A stretch of DNA of 63,942 nt, counting the filler, from Malassezia furfur (Eukaryota): NCBI GenBank assembly GCA_052055015.1. It is 3 parts of 3 records of this genome, joined end to end, with 100 filler letters (N's around TTAATTAATTAA, not from the genome) between each part and the next. Parts side by side here need not be neighbours in the genome. Positions count along the whole stretch, not along the records: positions 1 to 23,732 come from JBQJIT010000148.1; 2 more parts are not named here. One strand, 5' to 3'. This document shows, piece by piece, positions 11,644 to 23,832 of the stretch. Position 1 is the first letter of the stretch. Every line of letters starts with the position of its first letter. The translations under genes were made by a program, and so were the position numbers. The notes below the pieces were generated by a model, which saw only the letters and a list, made by a program, of their open reading frames with translations, ran no database searches and was not told the origin of the DNA.

Positions 11644-13709
11644 TCATGACAACCATGAGCGCTTCAGGCTCAAGCGGAACGACCCTAGCGACGTCAGGAT
11701 GCTTTGCACGAGTGCGCGGTCCAGCTCGTTGCCAGCGTCCAGCGAGAGCGCCCGGAAATCGCGCGACGACATGGTCACGGTGCGGTGCGGAAGGAGCGGG
11801 GCGCCCTCACCCTGTTCCGGCTCCGCCAATGCGCGGATGCGTTCAGCGAGATACGCTGATACCTGGATATGCATCGCGCGCACGTAGCTGCTCCACAGCG
11901 TGAAAAGGTACACACTCGACATCGTCTCCATCGGCAGCTGCGATGCCGTCGACGGGTCGAAGCGCGGATGCGCCGGCACAAACGTGCGTTCGGAACGGCC
12001 CGTGTAGCTTATGCGCCGCGGGTCAAGGTGTGAGCAGCTGTACGACGAACTGCGCTTCCAGCGGTCCGCCGACGGCACGCCCAAACCGCACGCGGCGATC
12101 AGCGGATCGTCCTGCGAGTAAATGCTCTGTCGGTCAGAGTCGTAGTCCGCGCTGGGCATCTGGCGCGCCGACTCCTTGAGCGACTCGGCCAGCGAGCGCA
12201 CGTCGCCAGCCTCACTGCCAGCCTCGTCCGCAAGCGACGCCGTCGAGCGGCGGCCGGCGGTGTCGCTGCCGTGCGTATTCGCACCATCCTCTTCGAGCGT
12301 TGCATCATCCTCGTCCTCCTCGTCGCTCGACATGTTCGAGTCGGACAAGTCGACGATCCCCGTACTGATCCCCCCATCGCCTCGCACGCCCAAGGGGAAC
12401 ACGAGCGAGACAGGCACTGCAACGTGCAACTGAGACCGGATGACCCACCATTCGGCGAGCCACACACGCAGATTCGCGGCAAGGACGATTGCATAGCCCA
12501 CTGGGAGCGAGCGACCGTCCTGCTGCTGGTAGTGCCAGCACTTGGGCAACGACACACGCAGTCCACACGATGGCCCATCGTCGATCTTGGTGCGCCACTC
12601 GTCAAACTGCGGCCGGCAGTTTTGCAGCAAGATCTGCTCGTATTGCCGTTCTTGCTCGGCGAGTTCGAGGTAGAGCGTTAGGTCGTTCGTACTCCAGCGC
12701 AAATCGTTGGTGCACGGCGCAGGCTCGCGCGCGATCGTCACGCCCATCGGCCGGGGGCAGTGCAGGTGCCGCGCCGCGTCAGGGTATGGGAACGACGAGA
12801 CGTCAATAAACACGTCGTATACATCTGCATTGTCCTTGAACACCTTGTCGGCTGTCCATGCGATCCATGCGTGATCCAGCACGCCTTGCTCCGCTTCGCG
12901 CTTCAGCGCAGGGAGATCAAAGAGCCCGACGTGGCCCTTAACACGTACGTCGCCCGGCGCACGCCCGGCGTGCACGTAAGCGGCTTGCACGATCTCGGCC
13001 AAATTGAAGCCGATGATCGCCGCGCGCTCGATCGGCGCGGGACTGTACAGCATCACGCGTTTGTGTGGGAGCTGGAGGAGCTTGATGAGAGGCACGAGCA
13101 AGGGTCCCAGAAAGCGGCTCATGGCACACAAGTAGGTCACTGGATCGTACGGCAGGCGCTCCAGTGAGCGCAGCGCCGCCGTTGGTACCTGCACGTCGAG
13201 TGCATCCCGGAAGCGGTAGCGATCGACATACGCGTGGAGCGACTCGAGCGGTGCATCGTCTACAATCTCGTCAGCCATGCGCTCCAGATGCTTGACGTGC
13301 GGCAAAAACTCAAACAGTTCGCTTCCTGGATTTGACGAGGAGCACACTGAGTCAGTCTTGGGCACGTACCGAGCGTGATGCCCACGGCAACCAACCGTGC
13401 GCCGCGCCGATTCAGCGTATCCTGCTCAATCTCCTCGGGGGAGAAGCGACGCGCACGGAATGCGGCAACGTTAAACAGGACGCCTTCTTCACACACGCCG
13501 CTCTCGAAGTGAATCACGTCGCTGCGCACTTCATGGCCGCCGCTCGGCAGCACTTTCCACTCGAAACCCTCAACTGGGAGGTCCGACGGATAGGTATGGA
13601 TGATCGCATTGCCCTCCCGGGGCAGGAATTCGGCCACATAGATGCCGCACACATTGCTGGGGACCGGCGTATCTGGCATCGCACCTGTAGACTGCGACGG
13701 CCCTGCCAT
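11644..13709 (-). CDS. DENN-related protein (DENND11/LCHN/Anr2-like, DUF2347 type), 1 intron near 13345-13370
   Basis: The N-terminal VAEF.PREGN...GFEWKVLPSGGHEVRSDVIHF resembles the uDENN of the LCHN/Anr2 family; later LGPL..PL.KL...KRV.LYS.APIE and WIAWT.DK.F...DVFID. Confidence 0.6.
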
Positions 13710-13822
13710 GCTTTCTTCGACGCCGCGTGTATGCATGGTGCAGGCAAGCGGAGCGACTCAAGCTTGGCGCATTTGTCAGCCGAATCGCCGCGTGGCCACA
13801 AAATTTTTGGCTGCCAAAAACC

Positions 13823-14929
13823 ATGCAGGCGGACGACGCGCGCCTGCTCCGGTTCACGGGACATGCGTACTTCCGCCAGCGCTTGACGCTGGCGACATTT
13901 GCAAAGCGCCCCGTGCGCATCGACAAGATCCGTCCCGATGACGAAGAGCCGGGCATCCGCGACTTCGAAGCCGGGTTCCTGCGCCTGCTGGAAAAAGTGA
14001 CCGACGGCAGCCGCGTCGAGATCAACTACACGGGTACCTCGGTGTACTACCACCCTGGCGTGATTGCTGGGGGTGCTGTGACGCATGATTGCGGTACATC
14101 GCGCGCGATCGGCTATTTCTTCGAGTGGATCGTGCTGTTGGCGCCGTTTGCGAAGCAAGAGCTCGCACTGACCCTGCGCGGCATCACCACGGGGATGGGC
14201 GACCTGGGTGCCGACACGCTGCGTACCGTGATGTTGCCGACGCTCGCGAGCTTCATGCCGCTTGATTCGGTGTCGATGTTGTCGTCGGCGATGGAGCTGC
14301 GCATCGTGAAGCGCGGCGCGCCTCCGCTGGGCGGCGGCGAGATCTTCTTCCGCGCGCCGCTTGTGTCGTTGCTGCGCCCGCTCAACTTTGTCGAGGCCGG
14401 GCGGATTCGCAAGATCCGCGGTATCGCGAGCGCGGTGCGTGTGAGCCCGCAGATGGCGAACCGCATGATCGATGCGGCGCGCAGCGTGCTGAATCGCTAT
14501 ATTCCGGACCTGTACCTCTTTTCTGACGTGTACCGCGGTGAGGAGTCCGGCAAGTCGCCCGGTTTTGCCATGTCGCTCGTGGCGACTTCGACGACGGACG
14601 CGCTGCACTCGGCGGAGGCGACTTCGAGTCCCGGCGTGACGCCCGAGGACATCGGCTTGCTTGCCGCGCGCCAGCTTCTCTCGGAGATCCAGGCGGGCGG
14701 GTGCATCGACCGGAGCCAGCAGCCGATGGCGCTCGTGCTCATGGCGCTCGGCCCCGAAGATGTGGCGAAAGTACAGCTGGGCGCGCTGACGCCGCAGGCA
14801 ATTCAGTGCCTACGGGACATCCGTGACGCCCTGGGTGTCGTATTCAAGATCAAGCCCGTGCCAGAGAGCGACGAGCACGTTTTGTCGTGCGTCGGGATTG
14901 GCTTCCGGGGCTACAAAAAGGCGAATTGA
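13823..14929 (+). CDS. RCL1: RNA 3'-terminal phosphate cyclase-like protein (18S rRNA processing)
   Basis: FRQRLTLAT...RPVRIDKIR...PGIRDFEA.FLRLLEKVT.GS..EINYTGT, RAIGYF, LAPFAK, RGAPPLGGGE, SPGF, PEDIG, C.GIGF. Confidence 0.95.
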   Translation: MQADDARLLRFTGHAYFRQRLTLATFAKRPVRIDKIRPDDEEPGIRDFEAGFLRLLEKVTDGSRVEINYTGTSVYYHPGVIAGGAVTHDCGTSRAIGYFFEWIVLLAPFAKQELALTLRGITTGMGDLGADTLRTVMLPTLASFMPLDSVSMLSSAMELRIVKRGAPPLGGGEIFFRAPLVSLLRPLNFVEAGRIRKIRGIASAVRVSPQMANRMIDAARSVLNRYIPDLYLFSDVYRGEESGKSPGFAMSLVATSTTDALHSAEATSSPGVTPEDIGLLAARQLLSEIQAGGCIDRSQQPMALVLMALGPEDVAKVQLGALTPQAIQCLRDIRDALGVVFKIKPVPESDEHVLSCVGIGFRGYKKAN

Positions 14930-14968
14930 CTGTACCATAGTTGCTTACGTACGCCCACCTTGACGACG

Positions 14969-17557
14969 ATGGCGGACGGCTCCACGAACGAACCGTACAG
15001 CTTCGGCACGCTGTGCACCACGGTACGCGATCCGGCACACCGGGACCAGTATGGCGCGTCCTCGATGCCCGTGTACCTCACGGCCACGTTCAAGGGCCTG
15101 CCCGGCGCCGAGTTTGACTACTCGCGCTCGGGCAACCCCACGCGAACCGTGCTGCAGAACCAGCTGTCGCAGCTGCAGGGCTGCAAGCACACCTATGCGC
15201 TCGCGACGGGCATGGCGTGCCTGGACGTGATTACACGCCTCGTGCGCTCCAACGAACGTATTGTGGCGGGCAACGACTTGTACGGCGGGACGAACCGCCT
15301 GCTGGGCATTCTGCGCACGACGTACGACATCCAGGCAGACCACGTCGACACGACAAATGCGGCCGTGTTTGAGCGGCACATGCAAGCGTGTGCAGAGGAA
15401 CATGCCGAAGGCCGTGCGGGCCCTGTGACCATGGTGCTGCTTGAATCGCCGACAAACCCGTTGATCCAGATCTGCGACATTGCGCTGTTTGTGCGCATTG
15501 TGCGCAAGTACGTGCCCGAGGCGCTGGTTGTGGTGGACAACACGATGCTGTCGCCCTACCTCATGCGCCCGCTTGAGATGGGCGTCGACATCGTGTACGA
15601 CTCGGGCACCAAGTACCTCTCGGGCCACCACGACGTCATGGCGGGCGTCATTGCGACGAACCGCGACGACCTCGCGAAGCGTATCTACTTCCTGATCAAC
15701 TCGGTGGGCAACGCGCTCGCGCCGATGGACTGCTTCCTGCTGCTGCGCGGCATCAAGACGCTTGCGCTGCGCATGGATCGCATGCAGACCAACGCGATGC
15801 AGGTGGCCCACTTTCTCCACCAGCTGGGCTTCCGTGTCAACTACCCTGGGCTGCGCACGCACCCCGGCTACGCAATCCACCGGCGCCTCGCGCGCGGTCC
15901 TGGGAGCGTGATGAGCTTCGAAACGGGTGACAAGGAGCTGTCGGCGCGTATCGTCGCTGCCGTCAAGCTGTGGGGCGTCAGTGTGAGCTTTGGGTGCATC
16001 AACAGCCTGATCTCGATGCCGTGCCTCATGTCACACGCAAGCATCGACCCCAAGGTACGCGCCGAGCGCGGCATGCCCGAGAATTTGATTCGCGTGTGCG
16101 TCGGTATCGAGGACGTGCACGACCTGCTCGCTGACCTCACGCAGGCGCTCGTCACCGCCGGTGCCATCCGTGCGCGCGCCCAGCGCGAGGATGGCACGGT
16201 GGAGTACGAGCGGGTGCCGGTGCAGGACGAGATGGAGGTGCTGCGTGCACAGCTGCGTGCCGCTTCCCTCACGCAGGCGTCCGCGCCCGCGGTGCCGACG
16301 TCGCTCGTGGTGAGTGCGCCCGGCAAGGTCATTCTGTTTGGTGAGCACGCCGTGGTGCACGGTGTGACGGCCATCGCCGCGGCGACGGCGCTGCGCTGCT
16401 ACGGCCGTGTGACGCCGCGTGCGGACCAGCAGGTGAAGCTCGAGATGCCCGACATTGGGCTGAGCATCGCGTGGGCCATCGACGCGCTGCCTTGGAGCGC
16501 GGCGACCAGCACCGCCGAGGCGCCGCGCGAGCTCGACCCAGCATTGGTCGCGCGACTCGTGCCGCTCACGCAGCAGTACCCCGAGGGCGACCGCCGGCAG
16601 ATCGCGAGCCTTGCCTTCCTGTACCTGTACGTGCACCTCGCCTCGGCGTCGTGTACAGGCCAGACATTTGAGCTGCGCTCCTCGCTGCCCATCAGCGCGG
16701 GGCTGGGCAGCAGCGCGGCGGTCTCATCGTGCCTCGCGTCGATGATGCTCTACACGCACGCGCGGCTTACGCTGCCCACGGACGCGAAGGTCGGCGTGCC
16801 GGGCGCCGACATCGGCACGGTAAACTGCTGGGCGTTCCTTGCCGAAAAGGTGATCCATGGCCAGCCGTCCGGCGTGGACAACACCGTGGCGACGCACGGC
16901 GGCGCGATTGCCTTTACGCGCGCCGTGCCCGGCAATGCACTGGAGCACGATCAGCTCACGCCGATCAACGGCTTCGACGCGCTGCGTCTACTCATCACCG
17001 ATACCTGCGTCTCGCGCAACACCAAGAGCCTCGTGGCCGGCGTGAGTGCCCAAAAGGACAGCGACCCAGAGCGCGTGCAGGCCGCATTTGATACCATCCA
17101 GCTGATTGCCGATGAGGCGCAAGCCCTGCTCGAGCCCAAGCCCGGCGCGGAAGAGGTGAGCCGCGCCGCGCTGCTTGCGCGCCTCGGACGCCTGATCGAC
17201 CTCAACCACCTGCAGCTCGTACAGCTCGGTGTGGGGCATGCGGCGCTCGAGCGCGTGCGCACGACGTGCCGCGCCGCGCCGCACCACCTCCACGCGAAGC
17301 TCACGGGCGCCGGCGGCGGCGGGTGCGCAATCACGCTCGTACGCGACGATATGAGCCCGGCGCAGATGGACGCGCTGCTCCAGTCGCTTGCTACGCATGG
17401 ATTCACTACGTACGAGACCGAGGTCGGTGGTCCGGGCCTGGGTGTCCTGGCGCATCCTGCGCCAGACGGCACGGCACAGGCGCCCCAGTTTGTCGAGATG
17501 CCCGCGCCGCAGCTCGCAGGGTGGGCCTCGGCGGCGGGCACGTGGGCGTTTGCGTAG
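14969..17557 (+). CDS. Fusion protein: N-terminal cystathionine beta-lyase (STR3/MetC) + C-terminal mevalonate kinase (ERG12)
   Basis: Single uninterrupted ORF. N-half: YSRSGNPTR, LESPTNP, DNT, DSGTKYLSGHHD (PLP lysine), SFG..SL, IRVCVGIED. C-half: SAPGKVILFGEHAVVHG, LPISAGLGSSAA, HGQPSGVDN, KLTGAGGGGC (GHMP kinase motifs). Confidence 0.92.
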   Translation: MADGSTNEPYSFGTLCTTVRDPAHRDQYGASSMPVYLTATFKGLPGAEFDYSRSGNPTRTVLQNQLSQLQGCKHTYALATGMACLDVITRLVRSNERIVAGNDLYGGTNRLLGILRTTYDIQADHVDTTNAAVFERHMQACAEEHAEGRAGPVTMVLLESPTNPLIQICDIALFVRIVRKYVPEALVVVDNTMLSPYLMRPLEMGVDIVYDSGTKYLSGHHDVMAGVIATNRDDLAKRIYFLINSVGNALAPMDCFLLLRGIKTLALRMDRMQTNAMQVAHFLHQLGFRVNYPGLRTHPGYAIHRRLARGPGSVMSFETGDKELSARIVAAVKLWGVSVSFGCINSLISMPCLMSHASIDPKVRAERGMPENLIRVCVGIEDVHDLLADLTQALVTAGAIRARAQREDGTVEYERVPVQDEMEVLRAQLRAASLTQASAPAVPTSLVVSAPGKVILFGEHAVVHGVTAIAAATALRCYGRVTPRADQQVKLEMPDIGLSIAWAIDALPWSAATSTAEAPRELDPALVARLVPLTQQYPEGDRRQIASLAFLYLYVHLASASCTGQTFELRSSLPISAGLGSSAAVSSCLASMMLYTHARLTLPTDAKVGVPGADIGTVNCWAFLAEKVIHGQPSGVDNTVATHGGAIAFTRAVPGNALEHDQLTPINGFDALRLLITDTCVSRNTKSLVAGVSAQKDSDPERVQAAFDTIQLIADEAQALLEPKPGAEEVSRAALLARLGRLIDLNHLQLVQLGVGHAALERVRTTCRAAPHHLHAKLTGAGGGGCAITLVRDDMSPAQMDALLQSLATHGFTTYETEVGGPGLGVLAHPAPDGTAQAPQFVEMPAPQLAGWASAAGTWAFA

Positions 17558-17752
17558 ACGGCAGACTTCGTAGGCATCCAGACAAGTGTCACCATGTCCT
17601 GCACGGATGACGCAAGTGCCGATGGCGCGATCCGGCACGTGGGATTTAGGAGGTGCGTCCCCACGCGAAGAACGTGCGCAGAGGCCCGGGCGCTCGGCCA
17701 CTTAAGTTACCCCGCCCTGGCTTCGCGGACGTGACTCGGTCTCTGTTCCACC

Positions 17753-19137
<1,385 letters not shown>

Positions 19138-19391
19138 AAGCACGCTCCTCTTATAGCGAGACCGTAGAGCCCCCGGCGCTTGGCGGTCTGTGCGCGCAGT
19201 CGTGTGCCGCCGGGCGTGCACGCGTCTGCCCTCCACCCACGTAAGCGGCAGGTAAAGGCGGCATTTCGGCCGAGAGCCGGCCGGCTGCTAATTGTAAATC
19301 TGCGTTTCCCGTTTGGTTCCGCGAATTGGACGGGCAGGCGGCGGCTTCCACCGAGACCCTGCTTAGAAACACGATTCTCTGCCGACTGACC

Positions 19392-20003
19392 ATGATTGGA
19401 ACCGTGCGTGCTTCCCTCCCTCGTGTGATCCCTCGCAATGCGACGAGCATTGCCCGTACTGCGGTGACCAAGGCTGAGCGCTGGACCGCGGCGACGGCGC
19501 GGGACGGCAAGCTGCTCGAGCAGGGCAGCAGCGTCCAGCTGAAGGATGTGCTTCCGAACATTGAGTCGCACTGGACCAAGCTCTCCAACGAGCAGCAATA
19601 CTCTGTCTACAAGCAGCTCGAGGAAATCCAGCGCAAGGACTGGCATGACCTGACGATCAACGAGCAGAAGGGTGGTATGTACCCCGAGATAAAACTGACG
19701 TGTCAGCATACTTTGTCGCGTACGGCCCCTACGGCCCGCGCAAGGCCGTCACGCCGCCTGGCCAGATTGGCCGCGTGGCGCTCGGCACGTTGATTGCGAT
19801 TGGCCTCGGCGTGAGCATGTTCGCCCTGGTCCGCTACAACGGTACGTATCTTGATCCTGCTGACGGTTTCAGCCCCGGCGGCGCCCAAGACCATGGCCAA
19901 GGAGTACAAGGAGAAGGAGAACGAGCGCGCCAAGGAGCTCAACATGAACCCCATCTACGGTATCTCGAGCGAGGGCTACAAGGGCAAGGGCTTCCTGGCT
20001 TAA
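19392..20003 (+). CDS. COX5: Cytochrome c oxidase subunit V (fungal Cox5, homolog of mammalian COX4), 2 introns
   Basis: Mitochondrial presequence, NIESHWTKL...QRKDWHDLT..E.K|AYFVAYGPYGPR, a transmembrane helix, PKTM.KEY, NPIYGISSEGYKGKG. Confidence 0.9.
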
Positions 20004-20128
20004 GTCGCGTGTTACCCGTAGGAGATACTGGGCAAAGCAACGTGCAGCAAGTGTTGTTTGATCACCCCTCTCATTTTCATGGAGATTTCATAGATGCATT
20101 TGCTATGCCGCTACAGCAATCCCTCGAC

Positions 20129-21734
20129 TCAATGGGCCTCGCGCCGACGCGGTGCAGCCTTGAGGATGTCGTCCACGCGCATGATCATTTCGGCTGCCTC
20201 GCTCGCCGATACCACCACCTGACGCTTCAGCTTGTAGCTCTCGGTGACGCCCAGCGTGACCATCGACGCCAGCTCGCCCTTGTTCAGGTCGAGGCCCGTG
20301 TCGTGTTTCCCGTCGTGGTGCGCCGCGCGCAACTGCGCGACCAAATCCGCCGAATCCAGACCGGCGTTGTCAGCGAGGATCGTCGGAAGCTGGCGCAGGG
20401 CGCGCGCAAACGCCTCGACGGCGAGCGCCTTTTTCCCCGGCGTCTTGCGCGCCTCTTCGTCCACTGCGTTGCTCATCTCCATCTCGGCCGCGCCGCCGCC
20501 GAAGGTGACGCGCGTCTCCTTCACCGTCTGGCTCAACACACTGAGTGCGTCGTGCAGCGAGCGCTCCGCCTCGTCGACCATCTGCGACGTGGCGCCGCGC
20601 AGCACGACGGTGCACGCCTCGCCCGCCGCGACACCCGAGAACTTGATCAGCTTGTCCTCACCAATCATCACCTCCTCCACGAGTCCCGCCTGGCCGAGCC
20701 GCACGAGGTCCGGCCGGTCGAAGGTGCTGGTAATCTCGCCGCCAGTGACGAGTGCCAGGCGCTCAACGCCCTCAAAGTCGGCGTGCTCGATGCAGAGGAT
20801 GCCCGCGTCAGTGAGAAGCGACTCCGGGTAGTTGTAGATGAGCTGCCGGTTCACGAAGCAGTTGATGCCGTGCGCCTTGATGCGCTCGACTTTGGCCTTC
20901 ATCTTGTCGCGCTCGGCGCGCTCGATCTCAGCGAGCTTGCTCGTGCCCTCAACGCGCACGCGCGCGCCAAACACCTTGATCTTGTCCGTGTCCATCGAGG
21001 TGTTGGCGATAAGGATTTTTGCATTCTCGAGGCGCTTCACCGAGTTGGGGGCGATGCGCTTGTCGAGGATGAACCCCTCGTCGAGGTAGCTGTCGGTGAG
21101 CTTCCCGCCTAGCTTTTTGATGATCTGGATGTTCTCAAGGTTCGTCGAGCCCTTGAGGCGGAGCACGGCGTCCACGGCGAGGTTCGCAAAGTAGTCCTTG
21201 TCCTGCGACAACACCTTGGAGGAGAGCGTAGTGCGCGCAATGTTCATCAGATCCTCACGGAACCGCGCCGGGTCCGCGCTGTGGTCCTGCGACGAGCGCT
21301 GGAGCGCATCGAGCGCCGCCTTGCTCGCGATCCGGTAGCCATCAACCACCACCTGCGGGTGCACATGCGACTCGACGAGCTGCTCCGCCTCGCGCAGCAG
21401 CTCGGCGGCAAGCACACACACCGACGTCGTGCCGTCGCCCACCTCGTCATCCTGCACCTTGGAGATGTTCACAAGGATCTTGGCCGCGGGGTTGTCCAGG
21501 TAGATCGACTTGAGGATCGTCGCGCCGTCGTTCGTCACCACGATCTCGTTCGAGCCGACCGACTGCAGAATTTTGTTCATGCCTTTCGGACCTAGCGTCG
21601 TCTTGACCAGGTCGCCCAGCGCCAGCGCGCCGACAAACGAGGACAGACGTGCATTCTCCGCACGCTCCTGAGTCGCCTAGACATGGTCAGCAAAGCACCG
21701 CACGTACCTCTTCGGCGAAAATAGGGGCAGACAT
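20129..21734 (-). CDS. CCT2: Chaperonin CCT/TRiC subunit beta (1 intron)
   Basis: [26 protein letters not shown]...[47 protein letters not shown]. Confidence 0.97.
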
Positions 21735-21863
21735 CCTCAAGGCCCCACGAAGACAGAAGTGGCAAGCGGCGATCGGCCGGCCGCGCGCGCGCCACGCGGT
21801 CGCGCCAACACGGCCTCGGAGGCCCCCACCGCGGCACGTCCTAGGTGGAGGTCCGTTCGTGCC

Positions 21864-23089
21864 ATGGCGCTGCACCGCGCGCAGGTCGGCGTGCCGGACG
21901 CGCCGACGCGCGTGTGCGTGCGGGACGCGTTCGTGGGGCACGCACCACACGCACGCATTGATCGGTGGCCACGCGAGCGACCGTGGGAAACGGAGCAGGT
22001 CACCCATGCGCCGCACGACCCGCTTGATGCCTACTGCGACGCGCCGCTGCTGCGCGCTGTCGTCGACGTGGTGCAGCAGTGCCGCGTCCAGCGCGCCGCA
22101 CACACCTACTGGTGGACGGAAAGGGGCAAGATTGAGCTTGCGCCGCTGCCCGAGGTCGACCTGGCGCCCGCCGTCGAGGACGTAGCGCACGGCGGTAGAA
22201 ATGCACACCGGTCGACGCCGTCGCACGCGCTAGTTAACACGCTCTGGACGAACGCCGGCACGGTGCCACGCCTCCTGCATGGTACAACGTGTGTGTACGA
22301 GTTGCCACCCCGCACCGCGTGCCTGTTGACCGACCTACTGCCGTCCACGTCGGCGCCGCACGCACTGCCGGTGGGCATGGCCGATGTGCACCGTTTCGGT
22401 ACGTGGAATGCATTTACGCAGTGGAGCGCGCAGGCGGCGTCGACGTCCTCCTGCTCGACCCGCCGTGGCCAAATCAATCGGCGGCACGCGCGCACCGCGG
22501 CGCGCGCCACGACGTGCGCGCCGCGCGGCATGCGTACGAGACGCTGCCCGACTTGTACGACATTTGGCGCCTGCGTCCAACGCTCGAGCCGCTGCTGGCG
22601 CACCGCCCGCTGGTCGCGGTGTGGATCACGAACCATGTACGTGCGCGTGCGCTGACCTCGCAGCCCAAAGTGCACCGCTTTGTGCGTGACAAGTTCCTGC
22701 CGCAACTGGGCCTGCGCTACTTAGGTGCATGGGCGTGGCTCAAGCTCGCGCAAGACGGCGCGCCGCTGTATACGCTGGCGCATCCCCGGCGGCGGCGGCC
22801 GTACGAGCTGCTGGTACTAGCGGCACACGATGCGCGCGACGTGCCGTCGCAGGTGATCGCGAGCGTGGCGCTGGCGCACAGCCAGAAGCCGTACGTAGTG
22901 GGTGCGTATTTGCTGGTTTGCCCTACTTACACAGACCTCCTCGTGGATGCGGCGGGGCAAAGCGCCGACACGGCGGTGGTTGTCGAGCTATTTGCACGGC
23001 ACACGCCTCGCGCGCTCGGTGCCCACGGCTGGCATGTGAGCGTCGGCAACGAGGCGCTGCGCTTCAATGCGTGCGCGGGGCCGGCATGA
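21864..23089 (+). CDS. MT-A70 family N6-adenine methyltransferase, METTL4-like (3 probable introns)
   Basis: DVLLLDPPWPNQSAAR catalytic motif, V.VWITNH, W.WLKL..DG.P, RRPYE.L, HSQKP, ELFAR and W.S.GNE.L are characteristic of the METTL4/DAMT-1 clade. Confidence 0.82.
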
Positions 23090-23732
23090 TTACAACGAGG
23101 TCAGGATGACCTCGCGCACAAAGTAGGCATGCAGACGGGTATCTCCCGTGAGTTCGGGGTGGAAGCTGGTCGCCATGAGGCGGCCCTGGCGTACGGCGAC
23201 AACGTGGGCATCGCGCGGCGGATGCGCGCCGTGGAGCGCCGCCGACCCGGCGGTGTGGGAGAAGTCGGGGGCGGCGACGGCCGGAACCGCGGATGCAGGG
23301 AGCCATCCGAGCACCTCGATGGGGGGGCGAGGCAGCGTCAGCGCCGACGCCGGGCACACGGACACGGACAGTGAGTTGTGGGAGGTCGTCAAGGCGGCGG
23401 CCGCTTCACGCTGAGGCACCGCGTCGCCGAGCAGCTTTTCGACGACGGGCGCACGGATAAACACGCCCGGGTATTCCTCGTTCCCCATCATGGGGAACAC
23501 GACGTCGGCCTCAAACGAGCACACCTGCGAGCCGAAGCCATTGCGCCCCACCTGGAGATCGAGGCCGCCGAGCAGCTCCTGGCCGCCGCGCTTGCCGCCG
23601 GTCGCAATGGCTGCGAGCATGATCATTCCCGCGCATGTCCCCCATACGGGCTTTCCCTCGGAAATCCACGCGCGCAACGGCTCGGTGAGCTGCGCGTTGT
23701 GCAGGCCGAGCGAGATGGCCGTCGACTCGCCG
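23090..23732 (-). CDS. SNO1: PLP synthase glutaminase subunit (Sno1/Pdx2), 5' end lost in contig linker
   Basis: GESTA, VWGTCAGMI.L, RN.FG.Q..SFE, GVFIRAP, SFHPELT.D.R.H.YF. Confidence 0.92.
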
Positions 23733-23832
23733 NNNNNNNNNNNNNNNNNNNNNNNNNNNNNNNNNNNNNNNNNNNNTTAATTAATTAANNNNNNNNNNNN
23801 NNNNNNNNNNNNNNNNNNNNNNNNNNNNNNNN
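23733..23832. other. Artificial contig-join spacer (N44-TTAATTAATTAA-N44)
   Basis: Exactly 100 nt, with a 12-mer that gives stop codons in all six frames; an identical spacer lies at 47552-47651. Confidence 0.95.

Noticed and set aside
21978..22003. GGAAACGGAGCAGGTCA resembling SRP RNA helix 8
   Set aside because: It lies in frame within the MT-A70 gene (WETEQV), lacks the 5' CAGG strand of the symmetric loop, and no Alu domain or Pol III terminator is visible.
23777..23788. TTAATTAATTAA palindrome inside N runs (also 47596-47607) as a transposon target or biological motif
   Set aside because: The identical 44N-12-44N layout twice is a synthetic six-frame-stop contig linker.
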